DNA of 64,000 nucleotides from contig OZ220744.1 of assembly GCA_965116925.1 (NCBI GenBank), positions 2,729,136 to 2,793,135 of the forward strand, written 5' to 3'. Each line of letters opens with the position of its first letter. Within the stretch, counting starts at the first letter, position 1. Origin of the DNA: Candidatus Poribacteria bacterium (lineage in GTDB: Bacteria; Poribacteria; WGA-4E; PCPOR2b). The notes beneath the pieces were generated by a model, which saw only the letters and a program-made list of their open reading frames with translations, was not told where the DNA came from and did no database searches. The position numbers and the translations under genes were made by a program. Positions 1 through 9,568 of the stretch are shown here, piece after piece.

Positions 1-1764
1 TTGTCCGGTGGGGACATCCCACAACCTCACCATCTTGTCATCACCTCCGGTTGCCAGCGTCCTGCCATCTGGACTGAACGCCACACTAAAGGCATTGTAC
101 GTATGTCCTATAAGGGTGGCTTTAAGTTGCCCTGAAGGGACATCCCATAGCCACACCGTACTGTCACGACTCGCAGTTACATAGTCCTGACTCCCGGCTG
201 CCAATGTTCTGCCATCTGGGCTGAACGCTATCTCTCTGATATAGTCTCTAGGTCCCGTGAGCGTCGCTTTGTGCTCCCCTGTGATTGGGTCCCACAGTTG
301 GATTGCTTTGTCTAAACCTGCAGCTGCGAGGAAGGTGCCATCTGGGCTAAACGCCACACTGAAGATATCCGATCTGTTCCACATGAAGGTGGCGTATTGT
401 TGCCCTGTGGCAACATTCCACAGGCGCAATGTCCTGTCCCAGTATCCGTTTGCAGTGGCAAGCGTGTTTCCATCTGGACTGAACGCTACGGTATCGACCG
501 TGTATGTATGCCCAATAAGGACGGTTTTGAGTTGCTCGGTAGCAGTGTCCCACAGTCGCACCGTGTAGTCTGCACTTCCACTCGCCAGTGTATGACCATC
601 GGGACTGAATGCCATACTATAGACGGTTCCCGAATGTCCAGTGAGGGTGGATTTGGGGGTCCATGTCGCAACATCCCATAGCTGTATCTCGCTTCCACCT
701 GCACTTGCGAACGTAGTGCCATCCGGATTGAATGCTATTCTTGAACCACCGCCTGTATGTTCTGCGAAAGTTGTTTTGAATTGCCACGTTGTAGCATCCC
801 ACAGTTGCACCTGATTACCGGTCGCACTTGCGAGTGTCGTACCGTCGGGACTGAATGCTAGACTGCCAATACTACCTGTCTGTCTTGTAAGGGTAGCTTT
901 TAGCGCTCCATTTCTGTCCCACAGCCGTATCGTCTCGTCGCCGCTTCCGCTTACTAGGGTCTGCCCATCGGGACTGAATGCTAGACTACCAACCCCGTCT
1001 GTATGTCCTTCGAGGGTGACTATGGCGTTCCCTGTCCGCGCGTCCCATAGCCGTACCGTTTTGTCCCTACCCCCACTTGCGAGCGTGATTCCATCCGGAC
1101 TGAATGCCAAACTTGAAACCGTGCTCATATGTCCTTTAAGGACAGCTTTTGTATCTTCCGTGGTCGTATCCCATAACCGTATTGTGTCGTCACCCCATCC
1201 TCCTCCACTTGCTACAGTGGTACTATCCGGACTGAACGCTACACTTTCAATCCAACGACTGTGCCCTGTCAGGGTGGCTATGGGTTGTCCTGTCCGCGCA
1301 TCCCACAGTCGTACCGTTTTGTCCGTACTCCCACTTGCCAACGTAGTACCATCCGGACTAAACGCTACACTTGAAATCGCACTCGTATGCCTTGTCAGGG
1401 TGGCTATGGGTTTCCATGTTGCGACATCCCACAGTCGAACTGTCTCATCGTCCCAACTTCCTGAACTTGCGAGCGTGGTACCATCCGGGCTGAACGCTAC
1501 ACTCTCGACTTCGGAAGTATGCTCTGTCAGCAGAGCAAGTTCTGCTCCGCTGTGTACATCGTACACCCAGATTCCGATAGCGGTTCCAACTGCCAAGAGA
1601 TTTCCGTCCGGCGAATACGCGATATCGCTTATCCAGCCTTTGCCAAGCCGCGCTTTAGCTTCCTTGGGTAGATGCCATTGCGGGGAATCTTGGGCGAAGG
1701 TGCTTGATACAAACAGAATGGAGATGAACAATAGGTTGAAGCCAAAAAACATTCCCTTTTTCAT
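1..1764 (-). CDS. Secreted WD40-repeat protein, truncated by the window start (N-terminal signal peptide MKKGMFFGFNLLFISILF, then more than 12 WD40 blades)
   Basis: Minus-strand translation gives repeated 'VAFSPDGTTLASGS.D.TVRLWD' units. RBS AGGAGG lies upstream of the ATG at 1764. Plus-strand ORFs at 257-568 and 1016-1789 are antisense artefacts of these repeats. Confidence 0.85.
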   Translation of the reverse strand, partial: MKKGMFFGFNLLFISILFVSSTFAQDSPQWHLPKEAKARLGKGWISDIAYSPDGNLLAVGTAIGIWVYDVHSGAELALLTEHTSEVESVAFSPDGTTLASSGSWDDETVRLWDVATWKPIATLTRHTSAISSVAFSPDGTTLASGSTDKTVRLWDARTGQPIATLTGHSRWIESVAFSPDSTTVASGGGWGDDTIRLWDTTTEDTKAVLKGHMSTVSSLAFSPDGITLASGGRDKTVRLWDARTGNAIVTLEGHTDGVGSLAFSPDGQTLVSGSGDETIRLWDRNGALKATLTRQTGSIGSLAFSPDGTTLASATGNQVQLWDATTWQFKTTFAEHTGGGSRIAFNPDGTTFASAGGSEIQLWDVATWTPKSTLTGHSGTVYSMAFSPDGHTLASGSADYTVRLWDTATEQLKTVLIGHTYTVDTVAFSPDGNTLATANGYWDRTLRLWNVATGQQYATFMWNRSDIFSVAFSPDGTFLAAAGLDKAIQLWDPITGEHKATLTGPRDYIREIAFSPDGRTLAAGSQDYVTASRDSTVWLWDVPSGQLKATLIGHTYNAFSVAFSPDGRTLATGGDDKMVRLWDVPTGQ

Positions 1765-2389
1765 GAGGTTTAACCTCCTTGTTCTGTGACTGTTCAGCAA
1801 TTTTTGTGCCAAACATCTTGCTGAGGGCGAGAACTGGAATTTGATTGATTAAACAGGTGAACTTCGGCTTTAGATTGGATAGGGGCTGCTATGCGCGAAA
1901 TACCTATGCAGTTCAGGCTGGGGTTGTGGACTTACATCCGATAGAAGGTGGGGTTAAAACCGTCTTGAGATAGGGCTGTATTTCGCTTACAGGCAGGGAG
2001 GAGATTGCCCAACATCGTGCACACCGGTGCTTACTTTTAGCCTTCAATGTGCAAGGAATCCTTTAGATAGTTGGCGGATGGAGTCTATGCAATTGGAGCG
2101 AGGATTTGCCGATTTGTTCGGGGTTTGGGGCGGTGGGTGGAGGATCAGTTGAGGCTTGGAGGTGTAATGCAGCTTGGTTGAACTGTTCAAATTTTGAACA
2201 CCACTGTTTTATGAATAGACACAGTGAAACCAACACGCAATCCACACCTTGGTTATCAAGAGTTGGGTTTCACGGTTTCATTCAACCCAACCTACAACGC
2301 TGTGTTGGTTCATTGGTTCGTGTGTAAGAAAGACTGTCGATTTTGGAAAATCGACCTACAGCAGTCTGTGGGGATCGGGTTTCCTAACT

Positions 2390-3169
2390 TTATAGCTCTG
2401 TATCTTCGAGCCAATCACAGAAAGCCATTACGGCCTCCCGAATATCTTCAAACAATGGAATCGCTTGCTGCGCCAGTGCTACCACCCGTGCTGGTTCTAA
2501 TTCGTATCCGTAAATGTGGCGCAGCCTATGGCGAAAGCGGCGGTATTCATCTGTGTCCGATAACAGGTTCTGAGAAAACAGTGGTGGGCGGTTATCCCGT
2601 GGTTGCCCCATTTGGTAAAGTAACATCCGATGCCACTGTTCCCCTGTTGGCAGTTCGTCATCCAGTGTGACAGCAACCCTTTCACAGATGCGCTCAATGC
2701 CTGAATAAAAATCGTCCACATAGCTTGCCAACGCCCGGGTGGCGAATTGGTCTGGTTCCTCGCCTACTCTCTTCAGAGCTTCAGCAAGCCCTAAAGTGAT
2801 CGGCTCAATCGCAGCGATTTCAGTCGTTAATCTCGATTTCAGTGCAGCGCGAGGATCTTCAGCCATCGGGGACCCTTCCAAAATGTGTTTACGAATTTCT
2901 GCGGGAGTTGATTCCAAAAGTACCAGATGGACAGACAGCCACGATGGCACGATCGTTTCCAGAGCCGCTTCCGCTTCCCAACACGCCTCGTTTGACAGTC
3001 CTTCAATAGCCAGATCGAGATCGGAAGCCTCATGCCAAGGGCTATCCCCGACAAGTGAGCCAAAAGGGATGACCTGCTTCGCGCCGAACTGTTTCTGTAA
3101 GACCTCTGCACACTGCTCGGCGATGGAAAGTGCCTCTTGATGACGTTGGGTTAAGCGAGCTGCATCCAA
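2390..3169 (-). CDS. Fused minimal nucleotidyltransferase (MNT, Pol-beta fold) and HEPN-like domain protein
   Basis: N-terminal 'FGSLVGDS...SDLDLAI' NTase motif and C-terminal 'RFRHRLRHIYG' Rx4-6H HEPN-like motif. Apparent TTG start at 3169 with GAGGTGG RBS, directly abutting the stop of the upstream PfkB gene. Confidence 0.55.
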   Translation of the reverse strand: MDAARLTQRHQEALSIAEQCAEVLQKQFGAKQVIPFGSLVGDSPWHEASDLDLAIEGLSNEACWEAEAALETIVPSWLSVHLVLLESTPAEIRKHILEGSPMAEDPRAALKSRLTTEIAAIEPITLGLAEALKRVGEEPDQFATRALASYVDDFYSGIERICERVAVTLDDELPTGEQWHRMLLYQMGQPRDNRPPLFSQNLLSDTDEYRRFRHRLRHIYGYELEPARVVALAQQAIPLFEDIREAVMAFCDWLEDTEL

Positions 3170-4183
3170 TTACCATCCACCTCTTTCCTCAACAAAATCC
3201 TCGACTTCGCGCATTGTCGGCATAAAGTTCGCGCAACCGTGCCGGGTAACAACAATCGCGCCGGTCGCATTGCCCAAGCGGGCAGATCGTTCCCAGCCCC
3301 AGTCTTTCAGGTGTCCATAAATAAAACCGCTGGCGAAGGCGTCCCCCGCACCAAGTGTGTTATAGACCTCGACAGGAAATGGGGCGGCGTTGATAACGTC
3401 TCCATCGGATAGATGAACGTCGGCACCTTCAACGCCGCGTTTCATCACCAGAGCCTTTGGACCACCACTGAGGATTGTCTTAATTGCTGCGTTCACGTCG
3501 CCTTCGATATCGGGATTGGAGATTTGGGAGTGGGTAATAGAGAGTTGTGAAGTGTCGGAGAGGCTTGCTGCTTTGACCTCCTCCTCCGTTCCGAGTGCAA
3601 TATCGATCACTCGCAGTGCGGATCTGGCGACCACACCGAAAGCGCGGGGGTCATGCCATTGGTCTGCGCGGAAGTCGAGGTCGAAGAACACGGTCGTTCC
3701 AACGGATTGGGCGTATTCAGCGGCAAAGAGGTTCGCGCTTCGACTTGGCTCTTTGCTCAGTCCGGTGCCAGAAATAAGCAGGGCGCGGCTATCGGCAATT
3801 GGCGCAGCGAGGACATCGTCGATGGTGAGTTCGATGTCGGCGCAGTTGTCACGATAGTAGACGAGCGGAAATCGGTCCGGCGGCTCGATCCCAAGTACAA
3901 CCGCACTAGTTCGATGTCCCGATTTGTAACAGACAAACTTTGTTTCGACATCTTCATCATTTAGGAATTTGAGGATGAAGTCCCCCACCGGATCTTCGCC
4001 GAGCGCGGTGAGAACAGCGGATCGGAGTCCAAGTCGTCGTGTCCCAACGCTGATATTCGTTGGGCATCCACCGACAAACGCGCCAAAGCTGCCGATTTCG
4101 GGGAAAGGTGCGCCGATGTCATTGGAGTAGAGATCTATTGAACTGCGTCCGATTGCTAAAATATCATAAGTTCGTTCACTCAT
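3170..4183 (-). CDS. PfkB-family sugar kinase (5-dehydro-2-deoxygluconokinase/IolC-like)
   Basis: 'LAIGRSSIDLY' N-terminus, 'GAGDAFASGFIYG' PfkB signature 2, anion hole 'GG'. Start taken at MSERTYD (4183); the ORF track extends to 4219. Confidence 0.8.
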   Translation of the reverse strand: MSERTYDILAIGRSSIDLYSNDIGAPFPEIGSFGAFVGGCPTNISVGTRRLGLRSAVLTALGEDPVGDFILKFLNDEDVETKFVCYKSGHRTSAVVLGIEPPDRFPLVYYRDNCADIELTIDDVLAAPIADSRALLISGTGLSKEPSRSANLFAAEYAQSVGTTVFFDLDFRADQWHDPRAFGVVARSALRVIDIALGTEEEVKAASLSDTSQLSITHSQISNPDIEGDVNAAIKTILSGGPKALVMKRGVEGADVHLSDGDVINAAPFPVEVYNTLGAGDAFASGFIYGHLKDWGWERSARLGNATGAIVVTRHGCANFMPTMREVEDFVEERGGW

Positions 4184-4187
4184 CGGT

Positions 4188-4976
4188 TCACCTTGATACG
4201 TAATCCTTGAATTTTTCACTTTGTTCTGCGAACCGGCAGGTGATGAGAAAGGCGTCGTTTCCGCAAGCGATTAACTGAACGCCTGCATCCGCCCACCGTT
4301 TGCCACTCTCAAAATCGTTGACGTAGCTGCCGAGGACGATTTGAGATTCCTTCGCCTTGGCGATCACCTTTTCGATGCTATCAACAATTAAGGGGTGGTC
4401 GAGTTGGCCAGATATGCCGAGTGATGTCGAGAGGTCATACGGTCCGAGGAAGATTGCGTCGAGTCCATCGGTGGCAAGAATCTCATCGATGTTCTTCACC
4501 GATTTTGCGGTCTCGATCTGCCCGATGATAAAAATTTCCTCATTTGCCTGAAGGGTATATTTCACACCGTCTAGTTTCCGAAAATCGCCGTAATCGGTGT
4601 GTCCGATTCCGAATGCGACTCCCCTATCTCCGTCAGGCGCGTATTTCGCCCACTTTACAACATTTTCGATATCTTCGCGGGATTCCACACGCGGAATCAT
4701 CACGCCGGAAGCACCGGCATCAAGTGCGCGGGAGACAAAATGCCGCTCTTTATCTGGCACCCGTACAATACTAGGGAGGTCTGATCCCCTCGCCGCTCTG
4801 ACGATACGCCCGACTGTTTCCATCGTGAAGGTTGTGTGTTCCATATCTACAATGATGAAATCCGCCCCGGCACTCGCCAAGATGGTCGCAATCTGCGGCA
4901 CCGCAAACTCCATCACAAAGGTCCCAACAATGACTTCTCCCCTTCGTAAAGTTGATTTAATCTGCTTTGCTCTCAT
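4188..4976 (-). CDS. HpcH/HpaI family 2-keto-3-deoxy-sugar-acid aldolase
   Basis: TIM-barrel aldolase motifs 'GTF...', 'VMIPRVES', 'IGQIET' typical of 2-dehydro-3-deoxyglucarate/rhamnonate aldolases. Confidence 0.75.
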   Translation of the reverse strand: MRAKQIKSTLRRGEVIVGTFVMEFAVPQIATILASAGADFIIVDMEHTTFTMETVGRIVRAARGSDLPSIVRVPDKERHFVSRALDAGASGVMIPRVESREDIENVVKWAKYAPDGDRGVAFGIGHTDYGDFRKLDGVKYTLQANEEIFIIGQIETAKSVKNIDEILATDGLDAIFLGPYDLSTSLGISGQLDHPLIVDSIEKVIAKAKESQIVLGSYVNDFESGKRWADAGVQLIACGNDAFLITCRFAEQSEKFKDYVSR

Positions 4977-5092
4977 TTTTTAATTATACCGTCCGCTATT
5001 AGAAATCGCATTTTTGGGAGAGGAATCCCCGATGAGTTCTAAACATAATTTGATGTGATGCTCAGTACAGAAATCTCCTTGACATTAGATAT

Positions 5093-5225
5093 TGGCTCAT
5101 GTAAAAAGAAAGTGCAAAACACGAATCGAAATCGTAGGGGCGGGGTCTCCCCGCCCGCCGTAAGGGTTGGGGGACCCAACCCCTACGAATATTCGGTTTC
5201 TTTGCACTAAATCTTAACATGAGCG
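5093..5225. repeat. MITE-like element family 2, copy a (TIR GGCTCATGTAAAAAGAAAGTGCAAAA around a double-hairpin GC-rich core)
   Basis: Ends 'ggctcatgtaaaaagaaagtgcaaaa' ... 'tttgcactaaatcttaacatgagc'. Core 'cgtaggggcggggtctccccgcccgccgtaagggttgggggacccaacccctacg'. Near-identical copies at 16793-16922 and 26547-26680. Confidence 0.8.
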
Positions 5226-5233
5226 TAGATATT

Positions 5234-7210
5234 TTATCGCCTCGCTGTAAAGAGATTTTCTATTTCCCGTAATAGTTTTCGCGCACCTGCTTCAGCTTTG
5301 GAAGTTCTTTTCATCCTTTTTGAAATCCTTAAAATTCTGTCACAATAGTCGTATGATAGACTCAAATCTCCTGCGGCACGGGCATTTTCTGCGACATTAA
5401 GATAACAGATTGTTGTGCGTGATAGACTTTGGTTCGCGGCCTCCCATAGGTTGGCATGGGCGTAATTGTCCGCTGAAAGGGCGTATAGTCTGCCGGCATC
5501 AGCCCAAGTCTGTTCTCTTTCCAAGGCGTCCGCCTGCATAGCATAGTAAGTCCCTGCTTCCTGTGCACACTGTCGGGCGCGACCATAACGACGGCCGGCT
5601 GTGTAGGCAAGTCGTGCTCGCGCGTAACAATCTGCGCCCGATTCCCAATTCTCGGATTCAATAAAGTTTTGTGCAGATTGTCTATAAAATTCTCCCAGTT
5701 TTTTGTACGCCACCCGGCTCCGCCGACTTTTCCCCTCTTGTGCATATTCTTCAGCCAATTGACGCGTCTGGGCGGCTATCCTCTCATGGGGTGCCTGAAC
5801 CACCTCATGGAGTTTTCGCAGCACAAATTCTGGGGCAGTCTCCTGTGGGTTGAGCGGTTGAAAGGTTAGATCGGAACCGGTGCCAATGTCTGTAGGAAGT
5901 GGGTCTGAACTTGCGACGGAAGACACATCAGTGGATTCACTAGAAGATAAATGATTGTTAAGCAAGGTTCTGAGCTGCGCTACCTCGTCAGACGACAATT
6001 GGTTAATTAATTCAATCATTTCTCTTGCCGTCGAAGGGGGTTGGAGAGGGATCATTAAGTCCGATAAATGTCGAAATATCCAATCCGCTTTTTTGGTTGC
6101 TTTGACACTGCTCAAGTAGAGGCGGTGCGCCTGTTGTACCTCTTGCAATGCCTGCTGTGACTGTGTGCTACCGAGAAGTTGAATGGCTTTATCGTAGTGT
6201 AGATTGACTTGTGTTTCGAGTTGAAGCTGATTCTGTTTTTCTACTTTTGCTTTTTGTTCTTCAGCTATCTCCGATTCAATTTTCTCTGCCGCCTCGGCAG
6301 AGACGCGTAAATCCTTTCTGTGTCCAGATAGCATTGCGCCTTGTATCGCTGGATTTGATTGGTTTATCATTGTATGCCGCACGGCGTCCGCATACCACGT
6401 TTTACGGACATGATTCAAGTCATTGTACAACTCTGAGGCGGTTTGATACCGAGCCTGTGGATCTCGATGCAATGCCCTCTGCAAAATCTCACGCATATCT
6501 TCAGGCAGTTTGTAGTCGAATTCAACCGATTCGCTCTGTTTTCTTACCTGAATTTCAGCTTGCGTTTTTCCTCGAAATGGGAATTTTCCCATAAACATTT
6601 CGTAAAGGATCAGCCCCGTTGAGTAGAGATCCGCCCGATAATCGTAACTTCCTTCGTACTGTTCAGGTGCCATGTATCTTCGCGTGCCCGTAATTGTTCC
6701 TGCATAGTCGGTGCTTGCCTCAAGAATACGCGCGACACCAAAGTCAGAAATTTTCGCTATTTCGTCAGAAGTCAGCAAAATATTCTGGGGCTTAATGTCT
6801 CGATGGATAATGTTCTGCTCATGGGCGGCGATAAGACCGCGGCAAATATCGAGCGCGATATTGATTGCTAAATTGCGGCGAAGAGGCGTCGCAGTGATTA
6901 ACTGACGCAAACTAGGACCGTCAATGTACTCCATAACGATGTAGGCAACGTATTCATCATTGCCGGGTTCAACGGTATGGATGGAAACAATGTTGGAGTG
7001 TCCCCAATTCCGTCCCATCGCGCTCAACTCGGTGAGCAGGTAACGCATTCGTCCCGTGGGATAGATCGATTTGGGCAACACTTTAATCGCAACGGTACGG
7101 TTCGTAAACTCCTCTTTCGCTCGAAAAACAGAGGCAAAACTACCGTGGTTAATCAGTTTTTCAATGCGATATTTCCCTAAGGCCAGTCCGTTTATCTGCA
7201 TATACACCAT
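5234..7210 (-). CDS. Hanks-type Ser/Thr protein kinase with C-terminal TPR-like/helical repeat region
   Basis: 'AIKVLPK' Lys, 'HRDIKPQNILL', 'DFGVARIL', 'APE' motifs. The C-terminal about 300 aa is helical repeats. Confidence 0.85.
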   Translation of the reverse strand: MVYMQINGLALGKYRIEKLINHGSFASVFRAKEEFTNRTVAIKVLPKSIYPTGRMRYLLTELSAMGRNWGHSNIVSIHTVEPGNDEYVAYIVMEYIDGPSLRQLITATPLRRNLAINIALDICRGLIAAHEQNIIHRDIKPQNILLTSDEIAKISDFGVARILEASTDYAGTITGTRRYMAPEQYEGSYDYRADLYSTGLILYEMFMGKFPFRGKTQAEIQVRKQSESVEFDYKLPEDMREILQRALHRDPQARYQTASELYNDLNHVRKTWYADAVRHTMINQSNPAIQGAMLSGHRKDLRVSAEAAEKIESEIAEEQKAKVEKQNQLQLETQVNLHYDKAIQLLGSTQSQQALQEVQQAHRLYLSSVKATKKADWIFRHLSDLMIPLQPPSTAREMIELINQLSSDEVAQLRTLLNNHLSSSESTDVSSVASSDPLPTDIGTGSDLTFQPLNPQETAPEFVLRKLHEVVQAPHERIAAQTRQLAEEYAQEGKSRRSRVAYKKLGEFYRQSAQNFIESENWESGADCYARARLAYTAGRRYGRARQCAQEAGTYYAMQADALEREQTWADAGRLYALSADNYAHANLWEAANQSLSRTTICYLNVAENARAAGDLSLSYDYCDRILRISKRMKRTSKAEAGARKLLREIENLFTARR

Positions 7211-7312
7211 CCTTATTACTGGGTGGATATGGTAGATTGAAGATTAACACAGACCGAAACAACTGTCAATATACAAATATACACGCATCTGTGAGGCAGG
7301 TGATACCTACAG

Positions 7313-7963
7313 TTATTGATCTGCTTTGGCGATTTGCACGGCTTCTACCAACTTTTTCGCGTTCTCTGTCAGGAGATCGAACCGCCCATCAGCAATCACC
7401 TGATTGTTGACGAGTGCGCTGCCAACACCAAGCGCGGCAGAACCTGCCTTGATGAAGTCTCCGGCATTCTCGACACTCACACCTCCAGTGGGAATCATCG
7501 GGATATGCGGCAATGGTGCCTTCACATCTTTGATGTAGCTGGGTCCCACGCCACTTGACGGGAAAACTTTGACATAGTCCGCCCCGGCTTCCCATGCCGC
7601 CAAAATCTCCGTCGGCGTAAATGCCCCCGGCATCACAATTTTACTATATCGGTTGCAGATTTCGATAACATCCGGTTTTGTCACAGGGCTGACAACAAAC
7701 TCCGCACCTGCTAGCATTGCTGCCCGTGCAGTTTCAGCATCGAGTACCGACCCAACGCCTACTAGCACTTCATCACCGTATTGGGCGGCGACATCACTGA
7801 TAACGCTTAACGCATTCGGAGTTGTCATCGTCACTTCAATCAGATCGACACCACCCGCTTTGATTGCTGCTGCAACCTCAATTAATTCAGCGGAGCTATT
7901 CGCACGAATGATGGCGACAACCCCACAGGATTCGACCCGTTGCATCTGTTCCAGTTTCGTCAT
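7313..7963 (-). CDS. eda: KDPG / 4-hydroxy-2-oxoglutarate aldolase (Eda family)
   Basis: 'VVAIIR', 'GGVDLIEVTMTTP', 'GAGTV...' and 'KVFPSS' class I aldolase (Eda) signature. Co-localised with a PfkB kinase and an HpcH aldolase, suggesting sugar-acid catabolism. Confidence 0.8.
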   Translation of the reverse strand: MTKLEQMQRVESCGVVAIIRANSSAELIEVAAAIKAGGVDLIEVTMTTPNALSVISDVAAQYGDEVLVGVGSVLDAETARAAMLAGAEFVVSPVTKPDVIEICNRYSKIVMPGAFTPTEILAAWEAGADYVKVFPSSGVGPSYIKDVKAPLPHIPMIPTGGVSVENAGDFIKAGSAALGVGSALVNNQVIADGRFDLLTENAKKLVEAVQIAKADQ

Positions 7964-8056
7964 TATTTACCTCAATCACGATAGATCGTTCAAAATCATC
8001 TAGAATGCTTCAAACCTTGCTTTTCTGTTGTTTGTATGTGTAGCGGATATTTTTCT

Positions 8057-8794
8057 TCATAGAACGCCAAGCGGCGGTGTTACAACAATTTCGTCAGTCA
8101 CCATGCCAGCCGGTTGCATAGCCACAAAGAGAATAGTCTCTGCGACGTGTTCTGGTTTCAACATCAAATTCAGGTCGGGGTGCCCCTCAATCTCAGTCCA
8201 GAATGGCGTGTCGACCGAGCCGGGGGAGACCGCCGTGACGCGGATATTCTCACTCCGCACCTCCTCCGCCAAAACCTTTGTAAACGCTAGTGCGCCCGCC
8301 TTTGCTGCACAATACGCACTTGAGGCTTTAAATGCAACTTTTGCGGCAATGGACAGCACATTGATAATTTGACCGGATTGACGTGCCAGCATAGAGGGTA
8401 GCACGTATTTGGAGCAGAGATAGGTGCTTTTGAGGTTGGAAGCGACCACCTGCGTCCACACCTCCGGATCTGAATCAGCGATGGTCTCGAAGACCCCGAT
8501 TCCTGCATTGTTCACAAGGATGTCTATTTGACCATAAGTCTCTAGCGTTCGGTTGACCAGCGTTTCTACCGCTTCCGCTTGTATTACATCCGTCGGTACA
8601 ACGAGAGCTTCCCCCCCCTCTGCGCTTACGAGACTGGCAACTGTTTCGAGGTCATGCTGTGTCCGTGCTGCGAGGACAACTTTCGTCCCTGCTCGCGCAA
8701 ACGCCAAAACGGTTGCACGACCGATGCCTCGCGATGCCCCTGTTACGATTGCAACCTTGTCCTTCAGCATCTCCGCCCCCTTTAAGTTGTCCAC
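8057..8794 (-). CDS. Short-chain dehydrogenase/reductase (SDR)
   Basis: 'VAIVTGASRGIG' Rossmann motif, 'NNAG', 'YCAAK' catalytic Tyr-Lys. Likely start at MLKDK (about 8770). Confidence 0.85.
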   Translation of the reverse strand: MDNLKGAEMLKDKVAIVTGASRGIGRATVLAFARAGTKVVLAARTQHDLETVASLVSAEGGEALVVPTDVIQAEAVETLVNRTLETYGQIDILVNNAGIGVFETIADSDPEVWTQVVASNLKSTYLCSKYVLPSMLARQSGQIINVLSIAAKVAFKASSAYCAAKAGALAFTKVLAEEVRSENIRVTAVSPGSVDTPFWTEIEGHPDLNLMLKPEHVAETILFVAMQPAGMVTDEIVVTPPLGVL

Positions 8795-8895
8795 TATGGT
8801 AGATTTTAGAATTAATGAGACACTCCAAATCGGCGCAGTTGCAAACAGCGCCTACCAAACAAGAGACCGGTAGGTGCGGTTTGCAACCGCACCGG
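8787..8895. repeat. MITE-like element family 1, copy A (reverse orientation, one end degenerate)
   Basis: 'tagattttagaattaatgagacactccaaatcggcgcagtt..cagcgcctaccaaaca' is the reverse complement of the copy-B/C terminus. Shares the 'ggtaggtgcggtttgcaaccgcaccg' internal palindrome with copy C. Confidence 0.65.
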
Positions 8896-8971
8896 GCATC
8901 GTTCGGAAATTACCCAATTAATAAATTAATCTTCATGAGTGTGCCTGCTACTTTGAATGTCCAAGCCCTAT

Positions 8972-9568
8972 CTAGATACATCTCATGAACTCCGTCCGTG
9001 TCGAGATTTTATCTCGAAACTCGCCGAGCATCACGTTGGTCATGGTTTGTGAATGCTGCTTCTGTACGCCGCGAACCATCATGCACAGATGCTGTGCTTC
9101 CATGACAACAGCGACCCCAGCGGGATTCAAAACGTCCTGTAACGCTTCCGCAATCTGCTTCGTCAGTCTCTCTTGTACCTGCAAACGGCGGGCGAACATA
9201 TCCACAATCCGTGGAATTTTACTAAGCCCAATGATTTTTTTGCGAGGGATATACCCAACATGACACTTGCCGAAAAATGGTAGCAGATGGTGTTCACACA
9301 GGCTATAACACTCAATGTCTTTGACGATAACCATTTCGTCGTACTCTTCGTTGAAGATAGCATCATTCACAACGTCTTCGACATTCTGGTTGTATCCCTG
9401 CGTCAAGAACTGGAGGGCTTTCGCTGCGCGTTGCGGTGTTTTGATGATGCCTTCCCTCGTTGGTTCTTCGCCAATACTCTCCAACATCTGCGTGTAGATG
9501 TATTCAAGTTTCGGATCAGCGGCAGCTGTTCCGTTGTCAATTGAATCTGCGTGGTAAATTTTCATCAA
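8972..9568 (-). CDS. folE: GTP cyclohydrolase I
   Basis: '[18 protein letters not shown]' zinc-site motif and '[15 protein letters not shown]' FolE signature. Confidence 0.9.
   Translation of the reverse strand: MMKIYHADSIDNGTAAADPKLEYIYTQMLESIGEEPTREGIIKTPQRAAKALQFLTQGYNQNVEDVVNDAIFNEEYDEMVIVKDIECYSLCEHHLLPFFGKCHVGYIPRKKIIGLSKIPRIVDMFARRLQVQERLTKQIAEALQDVLNPAGVAVVMEAQHLCMMVRGVQKQHSQTMTNVMLGEFRDKISTRTEFMRCI

Noticed and set aside
257-1789. Plus-strand ORFs (257-568, 397-681, 1016-1789) translating to 'SGLNATL'-type repeats
   Set aside because: They are antisense read-through of the minus-strand WD40 repeat gene. The minus frame gives canonical 'FSPDG..LASGS.D.T.RLWD' blades with an RBS and signal peptide.
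2224-2670. A 148-aa plus-strand ORF overlapping the 3' end of the MNT-HEPN gene
   Set aside because: It overlaps a better-supported minus-strand gene and has no motif support. It is probably a GC-frame artefact.
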